64,000 bases of DNA, taken from NCBI GenBank assembly GCA_965250285.1, contig OZ252299.1, positions 3,744,001 to 3,808,000 on the forward strand. The letters are read 5' to 3'. The position numbers and the translations under genes were made by a program. The DNA is from Myxococcota bacterium (lineage in GTDB: Bacteria > Myxococcota_A > UBA9160 > UBA4427). The notes beneath the pieces were generated by a model. It saw nothing but the letters and a program-made list of their open reading frames with translations. It had not been told where the DNA came from and did not search any database. This document shows positions 38,750 through 49,167 of the stretch, piece after piece (the stretch's first letter is position 1; every line of letters begins with the position of its first letter).

Positions 38750-39799
38750 ATGAGTGAAGCCGCGACCGGGTCTGATTCGTCCACGGCGAGGAAGCAGCCG
38801 TTCTGGCGCAGTATCTCGGCGGTGTGGCTGCTTCCGCTCGTCGCCGTGCTGATTGGTGGCAGCCTCCTGGCCCGCTCACTCGAACAGATGGGCCCGACCG
38901 TCAAGATCCGCGTGAGCGCGGCCGGCGGTCTGAGCGCAGATCAGACCACGATCAAGTACCGCGAGATGGATATCGGCACCGTCACCGACATCGAGTTCGG
39001 CGACGATCTAGCGAGCGTGATCGTGCGCGCTCAGCTCCACCGGGCCGCCAAGCCATATCTGACCGAGAGCGCGGCCTTCTGGGTCGCCAAGCCTCGCATC
39101 TCGGTCGAGCGCATCTCGAATCTCGATACGCTGGTGTCCGGGCACTATCTCGCCTTCGAACCGGGGCGCACCGACGACAAGCCGTCGCGCGATTTCACTG
39201 CGCTCGAAGTTCCGCCCATCGTCGTCGCACGCGGTCGGCGCTACGTGGTCGAGGCCCAGTCACTGGGCCACATCGGGGTCGGCGATCCCGTGTACTACCG
39301 GGGCGAACGGGTGGGGACCGTCACGGCCCACGAGCTGCATCCCGACGGCGACTCGGTCGGCATCGGCGTGAGCATCGACGAGCCCTACGTCCCGCTCGTG
39401 CGCACGAACACCGTCTTCTGGAACTCGGGTGGCATCCACGCCAGCCTCAGCTGGCGGGGGCTCGACGTGCAGACGCCGTCGCTGTTGTCGATGCTGGCCG
39501 GCGGCGTCTCGTTCGCGACGCCCGACAAGCCCGCCGGCCGGGCCGATTCGGGCTCGGTCTTCAAACTTCATCCCGAGGTCGAAGACAAGTGGCTCGATTG
39601 GTCGCCCAAGATCGAGCTCGGCAAGATCGACGACCGCGAGTCGCTGGTCGAAGAGCCCGTCGCGATCGTCGAACGCAACGACGCGAGCTTGTTCCATCAC
39701 AAGGGCGACGCCGCCGGCCAACCCGAAGACGTCGAGTTTCGAAAGCACTGGTTTCGCGATCTGGCCGATCGCGTCTTCGAACCGATCCTCGGGCCCTGA
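38750..39799 (+). CDS. pqiB: PqiB/MCE (MlaD) domain protein with two apparent MCE domains
   Basis: SAVWLLP, IKYR..IGTV, FWVAKP, LDTLVSG.Y, PVYYRG, FWNSGG, GGVSFATP. Confidence 0.85.
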   Translation: MSEAATGSDSSTARKQPFWRSISAVWLLPLVAVLIGGSLLARSLEQMGPTVKIRVSAAGGLSADQTTIKYREMDIGTVTDIEFGDDLASVIVRAQLHRAAKPYLTESAAFWVAKPRISVERISNLDTLVSGHYLAFEPGRTDDKPSRDFTALEVPPIVVARGRRYVVEAQSLGHIGVGDPVYYRGERVGTVTAHELHPDGDSVGIGVSIDEPYVPLVRTNTVFWNSGGIHASLSWRGLDVQTPSLLSMLAGGVSFATPDKPAGRADSGSVFKLHPEVEDKWLDWSPKIELGKIDDRESLVEEPVAIVERNDASLFHHKGDAAGQPEDVEFRKHWFRDLADRVFEPILGP

Positions 39800-39811
39800 C
39801 ACGACGGCCGC

Positions 39812-40615
39812 TCACAAGCCCAGATCGCGCCTCGAACGATCGAGATAGTCACCGAAGTGCTTCGCAAACGGCGGTGAGTCGGCCAACGCGAAGAGGTGTG
39901 CAAACGCGCGCGGATGCGCCGCCGGCTCGCCTTCGCTGATGAGATGCAGCCCCTGCGCCTCGAATGACTTGCGAGCCCCACGCTCGTTCAGGAACTGACC
40001 GAAGTCACAGGCGAAGGCGATGTCGGCGAGACTGAGGGCCTCGCCCGCGATGTGCGACGAAGACTCGAGCGCGCGCTCGATACCGTCGAGATAGAACGCA
40101 TACGCGGCGCTCATGCGCGCATGAAGCTCGGCGGTGACCTCACGAGGCCCGAGCGCCAGCAGGTAGACCTGCGCTTCACGTGCGAACACGAGCGTCGCGT
40201 CGAGAAAGCTGTCGATGCGCGAAGCGTCATAGCCATCTGCTCCGTAGAGCCCGTGCGCCGACGAACCGGCACGCGCCACGGCCCGCATGATGCTGTTCGA
40301 CTCGAAGACGCCGATTGCGCCATCTGGGCTAAACGCGGCGGGCACGGTCCCGTACGGATGCGCCTCGAGGAAGGCGTCGGTCTTGTAGAGCGTGCCCGAG
40401 AAGCCGCGCTGGCTCGTGCGCGCATGCGGGCTCGACGGGGATCGCTCGTCGTCTTTCAGAGGCCGGGCGTCGAAATCCCACAGCCAACCGGGGAGCGCCA
40501 TCGGGGCGTCGCCGCACACCTCGACCTCGACGCCTCCGAACTCGGCGGCAATCAGCGCCTTGTAGACGCGGGGGTTCGGGAGGTAGGAGAAGATGCGGAG
40601 GACCGGGTTGCCCAT
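39812..40615 (-). CDS. Glutathione S-transferase family protein
   Basis: SYLPNPR, HPYGTVP, FESNSI, LSLADI. Confidence 0.85.
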   Translation of the reverse strand: MGNPVLRIFSYLPNPRVYKALIAAEFGGVEVEVCGDAPMALPGWLWDFDARPLKDDERSPSSPHARTSQRGFSGTLYKTDAFLEAHPYGTVPAAFSPDGAIGVFESNSIMRAVARAGSSAHGLYGADGYDASRIDSFLDATLVFAREAQVYLLALGPREVTAELHARMSAAYAFYLDGIERALESSSHIAGEALSLADIAFACDFGQFLNERGARKSFEAQGLHLISEGEPAAHPRAFAHLFALADSPPFAKHFGDYLDRSRRDLGL

Positions 40616-40630
40616 GGCTTCCTCGTCGTT

Positions 40631-41110
40631 CTAGTCGAGTGCTTGGAGTCGCGCGCGCGCTTCTTCATTCGCCCCGGGACCGGGCTCGAAGGCCAGTTGA
40701 TCGGGCCGCAGGGGCGCGCCGTGTCGATCGCGAACACGCAGCGCCGGCACCGGGCGCCCGGTCGACCGGTCGACGAGCAGCACGGGCTCGTGGCCCCGAC
40801 CGAACACGTGGTGGTTCGACCATTGCATCAGCGCGATCAAGACGGTGTCGAGCGCGCGCCCCTTCTCGGTCAGACGATAGGCGTAGCGCGTGCCTCGCTC
40901 GCCGACGTCTTCCTTGACGAAGAGACCCTCGCCTTCGAGGAAGGCGAGGCGGTCACTCAGCAAGGTCTTCGCGATGCCAGTGTTGCGCTGGAAGTCGCTG
41001 AATCGCGTCACGCCATAGAAGGCCTCGCGCACCAGCAGCAGGCTCCAGTGATCCCCCAGCACATTGAGCGCCCCAGCGATCGCGCAGGTTTGCGTGTGGC
41101 GGTTCGACAT
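40631..41110 (-). CDS. HxlR-family winged HTH regulator
   Basis: CAIAGALNVLGDHWSLLLVRE, RFSDFQ, YRLTEKG. Confidence 0.93.
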   Translation of the reverse strand: MSNRHTQTCAIAGALNVLGDHWSLLLVREAFYGVTRFSDFQRNTGIAKTLLSDRLAFLEGEGLFVKEDVGERGTRYAYRLTEKGRALDTVLIALMQWSNHHVFGRGHEPVLLVDRSTGRPVPALRVRDRHGAPLRPDQLAFEPGPGANEEARARLQALD

Positions 41111-41128
41111 CTCTGGATGCGGCCCCTT

Positions 41129-41157
41129 TCATTTGGTACACAAAAGCTACCAAATGA
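41129..41157. promoter_or_regulatory. Inverted repeat, probable HxlR operator
   Basis: TCATTTGGTA-N9-TACCAAATGA between the divergent hxlR and SDR genes. Confidence 0.7.
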
Positions 41158-41194
41158 TTCGCACGCGGCAACCCCCGCGGAGGAGCCCGACGAC

Positions 41195-41896
41195 ATGGCC
41201 AGCCGATCGACCTGCCTCATCACCGGCGTGGGCCCCGGCACGGGCTCGGCGCTCGTGCGCCGCTTCGCCGAGCAATACGAAGTGGTGATGATCGCCCGCG
41301 ATGGTGATCGCCTGCGGGCGCTCGAGCAAAGTGTGCCGGGCACCCACGCCTATCCACTCGACGTCACGGATCGCGAGGCAGTCGCACAGATGGCCGACGC
41401 CGTGCGCAACGCGCACGGCGCGCCGTCGATCGTCGTCCACAACGCCGTCGGCGGCGCCTTCGCCGAAGTGCTCGATGTCGACCCCGCGGTGCTACAGCGG
41501 AACTTCGAGATCAACACGATGGCGCTCCTGCAGCTGATCCAGACCTTCGGCCCGGCGATGGTCGAGTCAGGCCGCGGCAGCATTCTCGCGACGGGCAACA
41601 CTTCGGCCTACCGAGGGCGGGCGCGGTTCGCCGGTTTCGCGCCGACGAAAGCGGCGCAGCGCATCCTGCTCGAGTCGGCGGCGCGCTCGCTCGGTCCGAA
41701 AGGGGTGCACGTCGCCTTCGTCGCGATCGACGCCGTCATCGACGTGCCGTGGGCCCGTCAGGCCTTTGCGGACAAGCCCGACGCGTTCTTCGCGCGGCCG
41801 ATCGACATTGCCGACGAGTGCTATCACATCGCGCACCAACCCCGTTCGACCTGGACATTCGACGTCATGATTCGGCCCGACGGCGAGAATTGGTAG
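41195..41896 (+). CDS. Atypical SDR oxidoreductase
   Basis: TGVGPGTG, HNAVGG, FAPTKAA, GVHVA..IDAVID. Confidence 0.88.
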   Translation: MASRSTCLITGVGPGTGSALVRRFAEQYEVVMIARDGDRLRALEQSVPGTHAYPLDVTDREAVAQMADAVRNAHGAPSIVVHNAVGGAFAEVLDVDPAVLQRNFEINTMALLQLIQTFGPAMVESGRGSILATGNTSAYRGRARFAGFAPTKAAQRILLESAARSLGPKGVHVAFVAIDAVIDVPWARQAFADKPDAFFARPIDIADECYHIAHQPRSTWTFDVMIRPDGENW

Positions 41897-41986
41897 CGCT
41901 CGACGAAGGCGAACCCGAACTTCGGCGCCGCGCGACCGCTTGCCGCCCGCCTCGCCTTCGCTGACACTGCGGGCGGGAGGTGTCGC

Positions 41987-43351
41987 ATGCGCTTCGCGCG
42001 ACCCGGCCGGTTCGCCGTCGCTCTGTTCGTCTTGCTCACGAGTGGAGCGGCCGCGATCGCCGACGAAGAACCGGCCGCCGAAGCGAAGGGTGAGCCGTCG
42101 ACGACCGCGGCGCCGACCGTGCAGGCTGTCGACGTCGCCCCGGTCGAGCCGTCGCCGGGCGAGCCGACCGAGCCGACCGAGCCGACCGAGCCGACCGAGC
42201 CGCAGCAGAAGCATCGCCGACACATCCTGCCGATCAATCTGCATCTCGAGACCGATCGCATGCACGGGATCGAAGGCATCCACCTCGACGTCCCGCAGGT
42301 GGCGACCAAGGTCACGATCTCGGGCTTCATCAAGGCCGACCTCGTGCACGACTTCGCCGAGATGGGAAGCCTCGCGAAGTTCATTCCCGCAACGATCACG
42401 GTGCCCGGTGTCGATCAGGGGCAGACAACGTTCTCGGTCAATCCGTCCCGTCTGATCATCGGCTCCGCATCGGAGAAGGGACGCCGTCGACTCACCACGA
42501 TGTTCTCGATGGACATGTTCGCGAACGCAAACTCGCGCAGCCCTGCGCCACGGCTGCGCCAGGCGTTCGCCCAGCTCGACGGGCTGCTGTTCGGCGGCGG
42601 GATTCGCATCGGCCAGTCGTGGTCGACCTGGGACGACGTACCCGCTCTGCCCGAGACGCTCGACTTCGAGGGACCGAACGGATCGGATCAGACGCGGCAT
42701 CCACTGCTCCGCTGGATCCGCCCGATCGGTGAAGACTGGCTCATCTGGGCGGCCATCGAAGATCCACAGAGTTCGGTCGAAGGCCCGGGCGACCCCGAGG
42801 AGCAGACCCGATCGCCGGACGGCGTCTTGTCGATGCAGTACCAGCGCGCGGGCAGTCACATCAAGATCGCCGCAATCCTGCGCGACATCGGCGCCAGCGA
42901 CGGCGGCCCGACGGTGCACCAGTTCGGCTGGGGCGTGCAGTCGACCGGGCGCGTCTCGTTGCCGGGCCCGTTCGAGCGCGACGACGTTCGCTACCAGATC
43001 CAGTACGGACGCGGCATCGGTCGCTACATCAACGCCGGCCTCGCCGATGCCGTCGTTCAAGGCGCAGAGATCGAGGTCATCCCCTATTTCGCCGGCTACG
43101 TGGCGCTACGCCACTACTGGTTCGGTCAGCTGCGATCGACCGGCACCTTCGGCTGGGTCGAGGTCGACAACCAGTCGCTCCAGGACACCACGGCTCTCAG
43201 TCGGACACGGTACGCGTCGGTGAATCTCGTCTATTCACTCGCGAACTCGATCGACACCGGGATCGAAGGGCTCTGGGGCGAGCGCCGAAACCGCAACGGT
43301 CAGAGCGCCGACAACTGGCGGATCCAGTTCACGACGAAGGTCGGCTTCTGA
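41987..43351 (+). CDS. DcaP-family trimeric outer-membrane porin
   Basis: Signal peptide; GFIKAD, PRLRQAFA, GQSWST, PETLDF.G, C-terminal Phe. Confidence 0.85.
   Translation: MRFARPGRFAVALFVLLTSGAAAIADEEPAAEAKGEPSTTAAPTVQAVDVAPVEPSPGEPTEPTEPTEPTEPQQKHRRHILPINLHLETDRMHGIEGIHLDVPQVATKVTISGFIKADLVHDFAEMGSLAKFIPATITVPGVDQGQTTFSVNPSRLIIGSASEKGRRRLTTMFSMDMFANANSRSPAPRLRQAFAQLDGLLFGGGIRIGQSWSTWDDVPALPETLDFEGPNGSDQTRHPLLRWIRPIGEDWLIWAAIEDPQSSVEGPGDPEEQTRSPDGVLSMQYQRAGSHIKIAAILRDIGASDGGPTVHQFGWGVQSTGRVSLPGPFERDDVRYQIQYGRGIGRYINAGLADAVVQGAEIEVIPYFAGYVALRHYWFGQLRSTGTFGWVEVDNQSLQDTTALSRTRYASVNLVYSLANSIDTGIEGLWGERRNRNGQSADNWRIQFTTKVGF
42161..42202 (+). repeat. 9-bp tandem repeat (GAGCCGACC, about 4.7 copies) encoding an EPT linker
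   Basis: Read directly from the sequence. Confidence 0.9.
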
Positions 43352-43372
43352 GCGCTGCGAGCGCGACGCCGC

Positions 43373-45079
43373 TCAGCCTGCCGGCGTCTTGCTCACGACC
43401 CCGATGATGATCGGCCCCCAGAGCGTCAAGAACACGTTCGCCACCGCGTACGTGACCGTGAACGAAACGACGGGCGTGGCGTTGCCCGCCTTCTCGAGCA
43501 GCGCGGCGAAGCCCGGGTTTGCGCTTCGGCCGCCGGCGACGCACGCCAGAAGCTCGATCGGGTTCTGGATGCGCAACAGGTAGTACGAGACGAAGAAGAC
43601 GATGACCTGCGGAATCAGCGTCACGGCGACGCCGAGGAAGAAGAGCGTCGCGCCGTATTCCTGAATGCTCGTGAGCGCCTGGGGACCGGCCTTGATGCCG
43701 ACCACGCCCACGAACACCGCGAGCCCGAAATCGCGCAAGAAGTTCGACGCACCCGTCGGCAGCGCCGCAAAGCGCGGGTGGGTGCTGCGAAGCCAGCCGA
43801 AGAGCAGCCCCGAGAGCAGACAGCCGCCGCCCGAACCGATCGTGACGGGTACGCCTCCGATCTTGAAGCTGATCATGCCGATCAGCATGCCGAGAGTCAT
43901 ACCGATGCCGAAGAAGACGAAGTCGGTGACCGCCCCGGCCGGGATCTCGAAGCCGATCAGCGACCGAACGCGCGCCAGGTCGACCGGTCGACCGGTCAGA
44001 CGCAGCTCATCACCGCGATGCAGCTCGAGGCCGGGGAGCAGGGGCAGGTCGTGGCCCATGCGCGACACGCCGGTGAGAAACGCTCCGTGCCAGCGTTCGA
44101 CGTCCGACGACCGAAGCTGCGCGACGGTCTCGCCGTGCAGCTCCTTGTTCGTGAGGATGACCTCCATGTTCGCCTCGACGAGCTGAAAGCCATCGGGCGG
44201 ATCGACCTCGGGACCGATGCGCGACGGCAGGTCTTCGAGCAGGTGCACCTGCCCCGTCAGCGCAAGGATGTCGCCCACCCGAATCGGCGTGTCGTCCTGC
44301 AGCTCGACGGCCGCATCGTCTCGAATGATCGCCTCGACCGCCGCATCGGCGAGATCGGCGTCGACCTGCAGCGCCGTGCGACCGGCCGCGCTCGATGAGT
44401 CGGTCACGCGGTAGAAGCGGGTCTTGACGCGATGGACGGCGTCGAACTGACCGGGCTCGAGCTCGGCATCGCCCCCCGCCATCTTCTTCGCGAGGGCGAG
44501 GGCCTCCTTGCGGATGTCCCACCCCATGATCGTCGGGAAGAACCACGAGACCATGATGATCGGGCCGAGCGAGCCGAAGATGTAACAGACGGCATATCCG
44601 ACCGCGACGTTGGTCTCCATGATCTTCATCGCCGCGGGCGACACGTCGAGTCGCTCGATCGCCGAGCCGGCCGTGCCGATGATGGCCGACTGGGTGAGGC
44701 CCCCGGCCGCGAGCCCGGCCGCCATGCCCCGGTCGAGATCGAAGAGCCACGCAGCCGCGAGCACGGTGAACAGGCCGACCAGGCACATGAGGAAGGCCGA
44801 CACCAGCTGATTGAGCGACTTGCGGTTCAGCGATTGGAAGAACTGAGGCCCGCCCTGATAACCCACCGCATAGATGAAGAGCGCGAAGAAGACCGACTTG
44901 ATGCTCGAATCGATCGGCACGCCGAGCTGCCCGACGACGACGCCGACGAGCAGCGTGCCGGCGATGCCGCCCAGCACGAATCGACCGATCTTGATCTTGC
45001 CGACCAGATAGCCGAGCGCCAGCGTGACGAAGAGCGCGATCAGCGGCACTTCGTCGAAGAGTTGGTCGAGCCATTCCAT
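43373..45079 (-). CDS. aspT: Aspartate:alanine antiporter
   Basis: FIYAVGYQGGPQFF, AGGLTQSAIIGTA, central soluble domains, YAVANVFLTLWGP; adjacent to aspD. Confidence 0.95.
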   Translation of the reverse strand: MEWLDQLFDEVPLIALFVTLALGYLVGKIKIGRFVLGGIAGTLLVGVVVGQLGVPIDSSIKSVFFALFIYAVGYQGGPQFFQSLNRKSLNQLVSAFLMCLVGLFTVLAAAWLFDLDRGMAAGLAAGGLTQSAIIGTAGSAIERLDVSPAAMKIMETNVAVGYAVCYIFGSLGPIIMVSWFFPTIMGWDIRKEALALAKKMAGGDAELEPGQFDAVHRVKTRFYRVTDSSSAAGRTALQVDADLADAAVEAIIRDDAAVELQDDTPIRVGDILALTGQVHLLEDLPSRIGPEVDPPDGFQLVEANMEVILTNKELHGETVAQLRSSDVERWHGAFLTGVSRMGHDLPLLPGLELHRGDELRLTGRPVDLARVRSLIGFEIPAGAVTDFVFFGIGMTLGMLIGMISFKIGGVPVTIGSGGGCLLSGLLFGWLRSTHPRFAALPTGASNFLRDFGLAVFVGVVGIKAGPQALTSIQEYGATLFFLGVAVTLIPQVIVFFVSYYLLRIQNPIELLACVAGGRSANPGFAALLEKAGNATPVVSFTVTYAVANVFLTLWGPIIIGVVSKTPAG

Positions 45080-45096
45080 GGAGAGCGTGCTCCTCG

Positions 45097-46689
45097 CTAC
45101 GACTTGCTGGTCTGCCAGCGTTCGTGGTACTCGGCCAGCAGCTCACTGATGCCGGTCCCGATCGCGGTGTACGCATCGTCTTCGAGATTCGCCAGCGAGA
45201 CGCGCACCGACATGTTCGGCGCGTCGAAGCCCCCGCCATCCATCAGCACGATCGACTTCTCCTCGGCGAGGCGCCACACGAAGTCGATCGCCTCGTTCTC
45301 GGCGACGAGCGCGTCGGCGAACGCCTGACCGTACCGTTCGGCGGCCAGCTTGGGGATGTCGATCGTCGTGTAGTAATGAGCGTCGAACGGCGTCTCGGGG
45401 TGCGGCACGCCCACGGCGGCGTAGAGCGCCTGAAAACGACTGATCACGACGTCTTGTGCGTGTTCTTTGTACACGCCCTCGCGGTCGGTCAGGCAGGCCA
45501 GCGAAAGCAGCACCATGAAGACCTGCTGGGGCGTCGACAACCCCGCCGTGTGATGCAGGGCCACCGTCCGGCTGTCGGCGACCATCCGGTCGATCAGCCG
45601 CGCCCCGTCTGGATCGAAGAAGACCGTGTGATAGCGCTCGTGCAGCGCCTTGCTGTCGCTCTCTGAAAGCGCCGCCACGGCGTCGTCGAGGATGTTGTCG
45701 CGCGCAATCCCGATCACGCCGAGCCGCCAGCCGGTCGCGCCGAAGTATTTCGAGTACGAGTAGACGAGGATCGTGTTGCGCGGTGCGATCGCGGCCAGCG
45801 ACCGGAACCCGTTCACGAACGTGCCATAAACGTCGTCAGTGAGGATGATGAGATCTTTGCGACGGGTCTCGACCAGCTCGCGGATCAGCTTGAGGGTCTC
45901 GGGGTGCATCGCGACCGAGGTCGGGTTCGATGGGTTCACGACGAAGAGCGCCTTGACCGACGGGTCGGCGAGCCGCTCGATCTGATCGGGCGCGTACCGC
46001 CAGCCCGATTCCTCGTCCTGGGTGATTTCGAGCTCGACGAACTCGAAGTCGTTGAGCAGCGGGATCTCGAGGTACGGCGTGAAGATCGGCACGCCCAGCG
46101 CGATCTTGTCGCCCTTGTGGAGGAGCTTGTTCTCCATCAGGGTGTTGAACACGTACGTCATCGCCGCCGTGCCGCCCTCGGTGGCGAACAGATCGAAGCC
46201 GCCCTTGGGCCACTGACCGCCCGCCATCTCCTGAGCCAGGTACGCGTCGACGATCCGCTCACTGCACTCGAGCATGCGATCGGGCACGGGATAGTGGTCA
46301 CCGAGGATGCCGTCGACCATCTCGCGCACGAAGTCGGCGGCGTCGATCGACAAGTCGTCTCGCACGAAATCGAGCGAGCGGCGCAGGAGATCGACGCCCG
46401 GCTGCCTCGCGTTCTCGCCGAGGAACGCCTCGAACCGCTCGACCATGCCGTCGCTGTTCGGCGTCCCACCGATGCCGGGCCGAATGGGCACGCGCTCCGA
46501 CTCGGTGATGGCGAAGCGACCCAGCTCGAAGTAGGCGCTCCGCGGCTCGAGTGCGACCCAGTTCGGGTTGCCGCGCCCGGCATTGAGCATCATCCGCTCC
46601 GAGTGCGACTGGGCCATCTCGATCAGCTTGTTCTTGATCTCGAATGGGCTCAGCTGCTCGTATCGCTGCTCTTCGGATCGACTCGCCAT
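45097..46689 (-). CDS. aspD: L-aspartate 4-(beta)-decarboxylase
   Basis: LSPFEIK, NAGRGNPNW, EGGTAAM, DDVYGTF, SYSKYFGATGWRLG (PLP Lys), HTAGLSTPQQ. Confidence 0.96.
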   Translation of the reverse strand: MASRSEEQRYEQLSPFEIKNKLIEMAQSHSERMMLNAGRGNPNWVALEPRSAYFELGRFAITESERVPIRPGIGGTPNSDGMVERFEAFLGENARQPGVDLLRRSLDFVRDDLSIDAADFVREMVDGILGDHYPVPDRMLECSERIVDAYLAQEMAGGQWPKGGFDLFATEGGTAAMTYVFNTLMENKLLHKGDKIALGVPIFTPYLEIPLLNDFEFVELEITQDEESGWRYAPDQIERLADPSVKALFVVNPSNPTSVAMHPETLKLIRELVETRRKDLIILTDDVYGTFVNGFRSLAAIAPRNTILVYSYSKYFGATGWRLGVIGIARDNILDDAVAALSESDSKALHERYHTVFFDPDGARLIDRMVADSRTVALHHTAGLSTPQQVFMVLLSLACLTDREGVYKEHAQDVVISRFQALYAAVGVPHPETPFDAHYYTTIDIPKLAAERYGQAFADALVAENEAIDFVWRLAEEKSIVLMDGGGFDAPNMSVRVSLANLEDDAYTAIGTGISELLAEYHERWQTSKS

Positions 46690-47091
46690 CGTGCTCTCCT
46701 TCGCTTCACCGCCGCGCGTGCGCCTGGGGGCGCGCTCGCCACGATTCTACTGCGTCCGCCGTCGGCGGTCGGCGGAGCCGGCCGCGATCCCACAGCTCGC
46801 GCCCGCGCGCAACGCTTGGCTGCGAGGCGTGCGGGAACGAACGCGCCGAGCCGAAGCCCTGGTCGTCCAGATTCGAGACCGGGGTGGCGGGTGCTCGCGC
46901 CAGCGTGAGCCGCGTGCCGCATGACTGTGACTCGACCGAAACAGGTCGCAGCGTCGACGCGAAACCGTCGATCCCCGACCGTGCGGCTCGCTCCCCCCAG
47001 CGCATCTCGATCGGCCGATCGGTGATCCACCGGCCGCCTGCGAGCGCTGAGCCACCTCGCCTTCAGTCTCGAGCACCCCCGCCGATGAGAT

Positions 47092-47829
47092 ATGGCAGGA
47101 GGAATCATGCTGCTCGGCCTGGGCGTTCTCATCCAGATCGCGGTCGATCTCTGGATCGGCACGAAGCTGCTGTTGCTCGCCCGGCGAACCCGCGGCTTGC
47201 CCGAGCTCGGCTTCGGTCTCTGCCTCTTGCTCTTCGGTGGCATCGGCATGCCGCTGGCGGTGGTCGCGCGGGCCGCCGCGGCCGACGCGCCCGCGCTCGG
47301 GCACGGCCTCCTGACTCTGGCCCTGGGTCTCGAGAACGCGGGCAGCTTCGCCCTCTTCGTCGCGACGTGGAAGGTCTTTCGACCCGACTCGAGCATCGCG
47401 CGCGCCTTCGTCTGGCTTGCCGCGGCGGCGTTCGTCGTCTCGACCCCGGTCAGCGGCAGCGACGGCGGCCTGCTGTACTGGCTCGGCTGCGCCTTTCGCG
47501 GGCTCGCCTTCTTCTGGAGCGCGACCGAGTCGATCCGGTACGGCGCGATGCTTCGCAGGCGTCGGGCTCTGGGGCTCGCCGAGCCCATCGTCGTCCAGCG
47601 CATGGCACTCTGGGCGCTGTCGTGCACGGCGTGCTCGATCGGCTTTCTCGTCTTCGTCGGCGTTCGCGCGTTGGGCGTCGACCCCAACGTCGCGCCCGTC
47701 ATGATCGTGCAGTCGACCGTCGCCACGATCAGCGGCGCAGCGCTGTGGCTCGCCTTTGCGCCGCCGGCCTGGTACCGGGCGCGGTTCGCCGGCCTGTCGA
47801 CTTCGGCGGGATCCACGGCGCCCCGCTGA
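47092..47829 (+). CDS. Hypothetical multi-TM membrane protein
   Basis: About 7 hydrophobic helices; RRRRALGLAEP loop. Confidence 0.7.
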   Translation: MAGGIMLLGLGVLIQIAVDLWIGTKLLLLARRTRGLPELGFGLCLLLFGGIGMPLAVVARAAAADAPALGHGLLTLALGLENAGSFALFVATWKVFRPDSSIARAFVWLAAAAFVVSTPVSGSDGGLLYWLGCAFRGLAFFWSATESIRYGAMLRRRRALGLAEPIVVQRMALWALSCTACSIGFLVFVGVRALGVDPNVAPVMIVQSTVATISGAALWLAFAPPAWYRARFAGLSTSAGSTAPR

Positions 47830-47852
47830 GCCGCCCGCGCCTCGCAACCGAG

Positions 47853-49154
47853 CTAGTCGGCGCCTCGCCCATCTTCCGAATCGACGCCGAAGCGGGTCTG
47901 GTACCGCTCGAAGGCCGCCCGTAGCTCGGCGCGATCGTGGCCGGGGAGCATGCGATCGTACGCATGGGCGCCGCGGGCATCGGCACGCGCTTGGCCGAAC
48001 ACGCTCGACATGGCGTTCTCGATGCCGTGGCCGAGCTCGAGCCCGAACTGTGCGTAGAGCTCCCGCACCGTCGCGATCGGATCGGAGCCGAAATCGCTGA
48101 ACAGGCTGTGGTGGACTTGCGGCGCGGGCAGCGTGCCGGCGTCGTGCCAGTCGACCAGGCGATCGAACGTTCCTCGGTAGCGCGCGACGTGTTCGTCGAC
48201 GATCGCCTGGACATCGACCTCGTCGGTATACGCCCACCGAAGCGTCGCGATCAGGCTGGTCAGCGACGCGAGCAGCGTCAACGGATCGCGGTGCGTGATC
48301 GCGACCCGAGCGTCGGGGTAGGTCTCGAAGAGCGTTGGCAGCGAGTGCAGATGCACGGGGCTCTTCAGCACCCAACGCGTACCGGGGCGCCCTCGCTGCA
48401 AGACCTGTAGCACCAGTCGATGCATCCGGTAGGCGGGCGTCATGTCGCAGTCGAAGAGCCAGGCGGCGTAGCTCGGGATCGCGTAGCGCGCCGTGAACTC
48501 TTCGGATTGGAACGCGAAGGACATCGCCGACAAACACTCCTTCGGCTTGCGCCCCCCGTACTCGTGGATCGACCGCAGGCCCTGAACGACGCTCTGCGCC
48601 GCGACGAGCTCGCGATCGGCGAGCTCGATGCGCGGGTCGTCGACCGCAGCGCGCGTCGCCCCCGGCGAAGGCGCCGGGCGAAGGAGCTCCCAGCCGAGCG
48701 GCACGCGGTGTCGATCGTCCGCCGCGAGCATGTCGAAGAGGATCGTGGTGCCAGTGCGCGGCGCGCCGGCGACGATGAGGGGACGTTCGATCTCTTCGTC
48801 GACTACGCCCGGGTCTTCGTCGATCTTGCGCATCAGCTGGGTGCGCACCTCGAGCAGGCGCAAGACGAACCGCCGGGTCAGCACGCGACCGATCGACGTC
48901 AGCGAGGCCTCGCGGTCGATGGCTTCGAGCAGTCGCTCGAGGTGGCTCGTCACGGCATCGGCCTCGAACCCCGGGCGGCCCAGGGCTCGGTCGATCGCAT
49001 CGGCCGAGGCGCCATCGAGCCCCTGCCTCGCCAACGCCTCGCGTACGAGCGCGTCACGATCGAGCGACAGCGCCGCCTCTTCGGCGATCGGCCCCTCGGT
49101 CGAGGCGTTCGCGGCGCGCACCCACTCGGGCCTTTCGGGCGGCTGCCAGCTCAT
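47853..49154 (-). CDS. Sulfotransferase family protein
   Basis: GAPRTGTT (PAPS loop), WVLKSPVHL, THRDP. Confidence 0.92.
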   Translation of the reverse strand: MSWQPPERPEWVRAANASTEGPIAEEAALSLDRDALVREALARQGLDGASADAIDRALGRPGFEADAVTSHLERLLEAIDREASLTSIGRVLTRRFVLRLLEVRTQLMRKIDEDPGVVDEEIERPLIVAGAPRTGTTILFDMLAADDRHRVPLGWELLRPAPSPGATRAAVDDPRIELADRELVAAQSVVQGLRSIHEYGGRKPKECLSAMSFAFQSEEFTARYAIPSYAAWLFDCDMTPAYRMHRLVLQVLQRGRPGTRWVLKSPVHLHSLPTLFETYPDARVAITHRDPLTLLASLTSLIATLRWAYTDEVDVQAIVDEHVARYRGTFDRLVDWHDAGTLPAPQVHHSLFSDFGSDPIATVRELYAQFGLELGHGIENAMSSVFGQARADARGAHAYDRMLPGHDRAELRAAFERYQTRFGVDSEDGRGAD

Positions 49155-49167
49155 CGCGACACGCGCT

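Noticed and set aside
42161..42202. Short direct repeats as CRISPR or a phase-variation tract
   Set aside because: Spacerless 9-bp units keep the frame and encode a Pro/Glu/Thr linker
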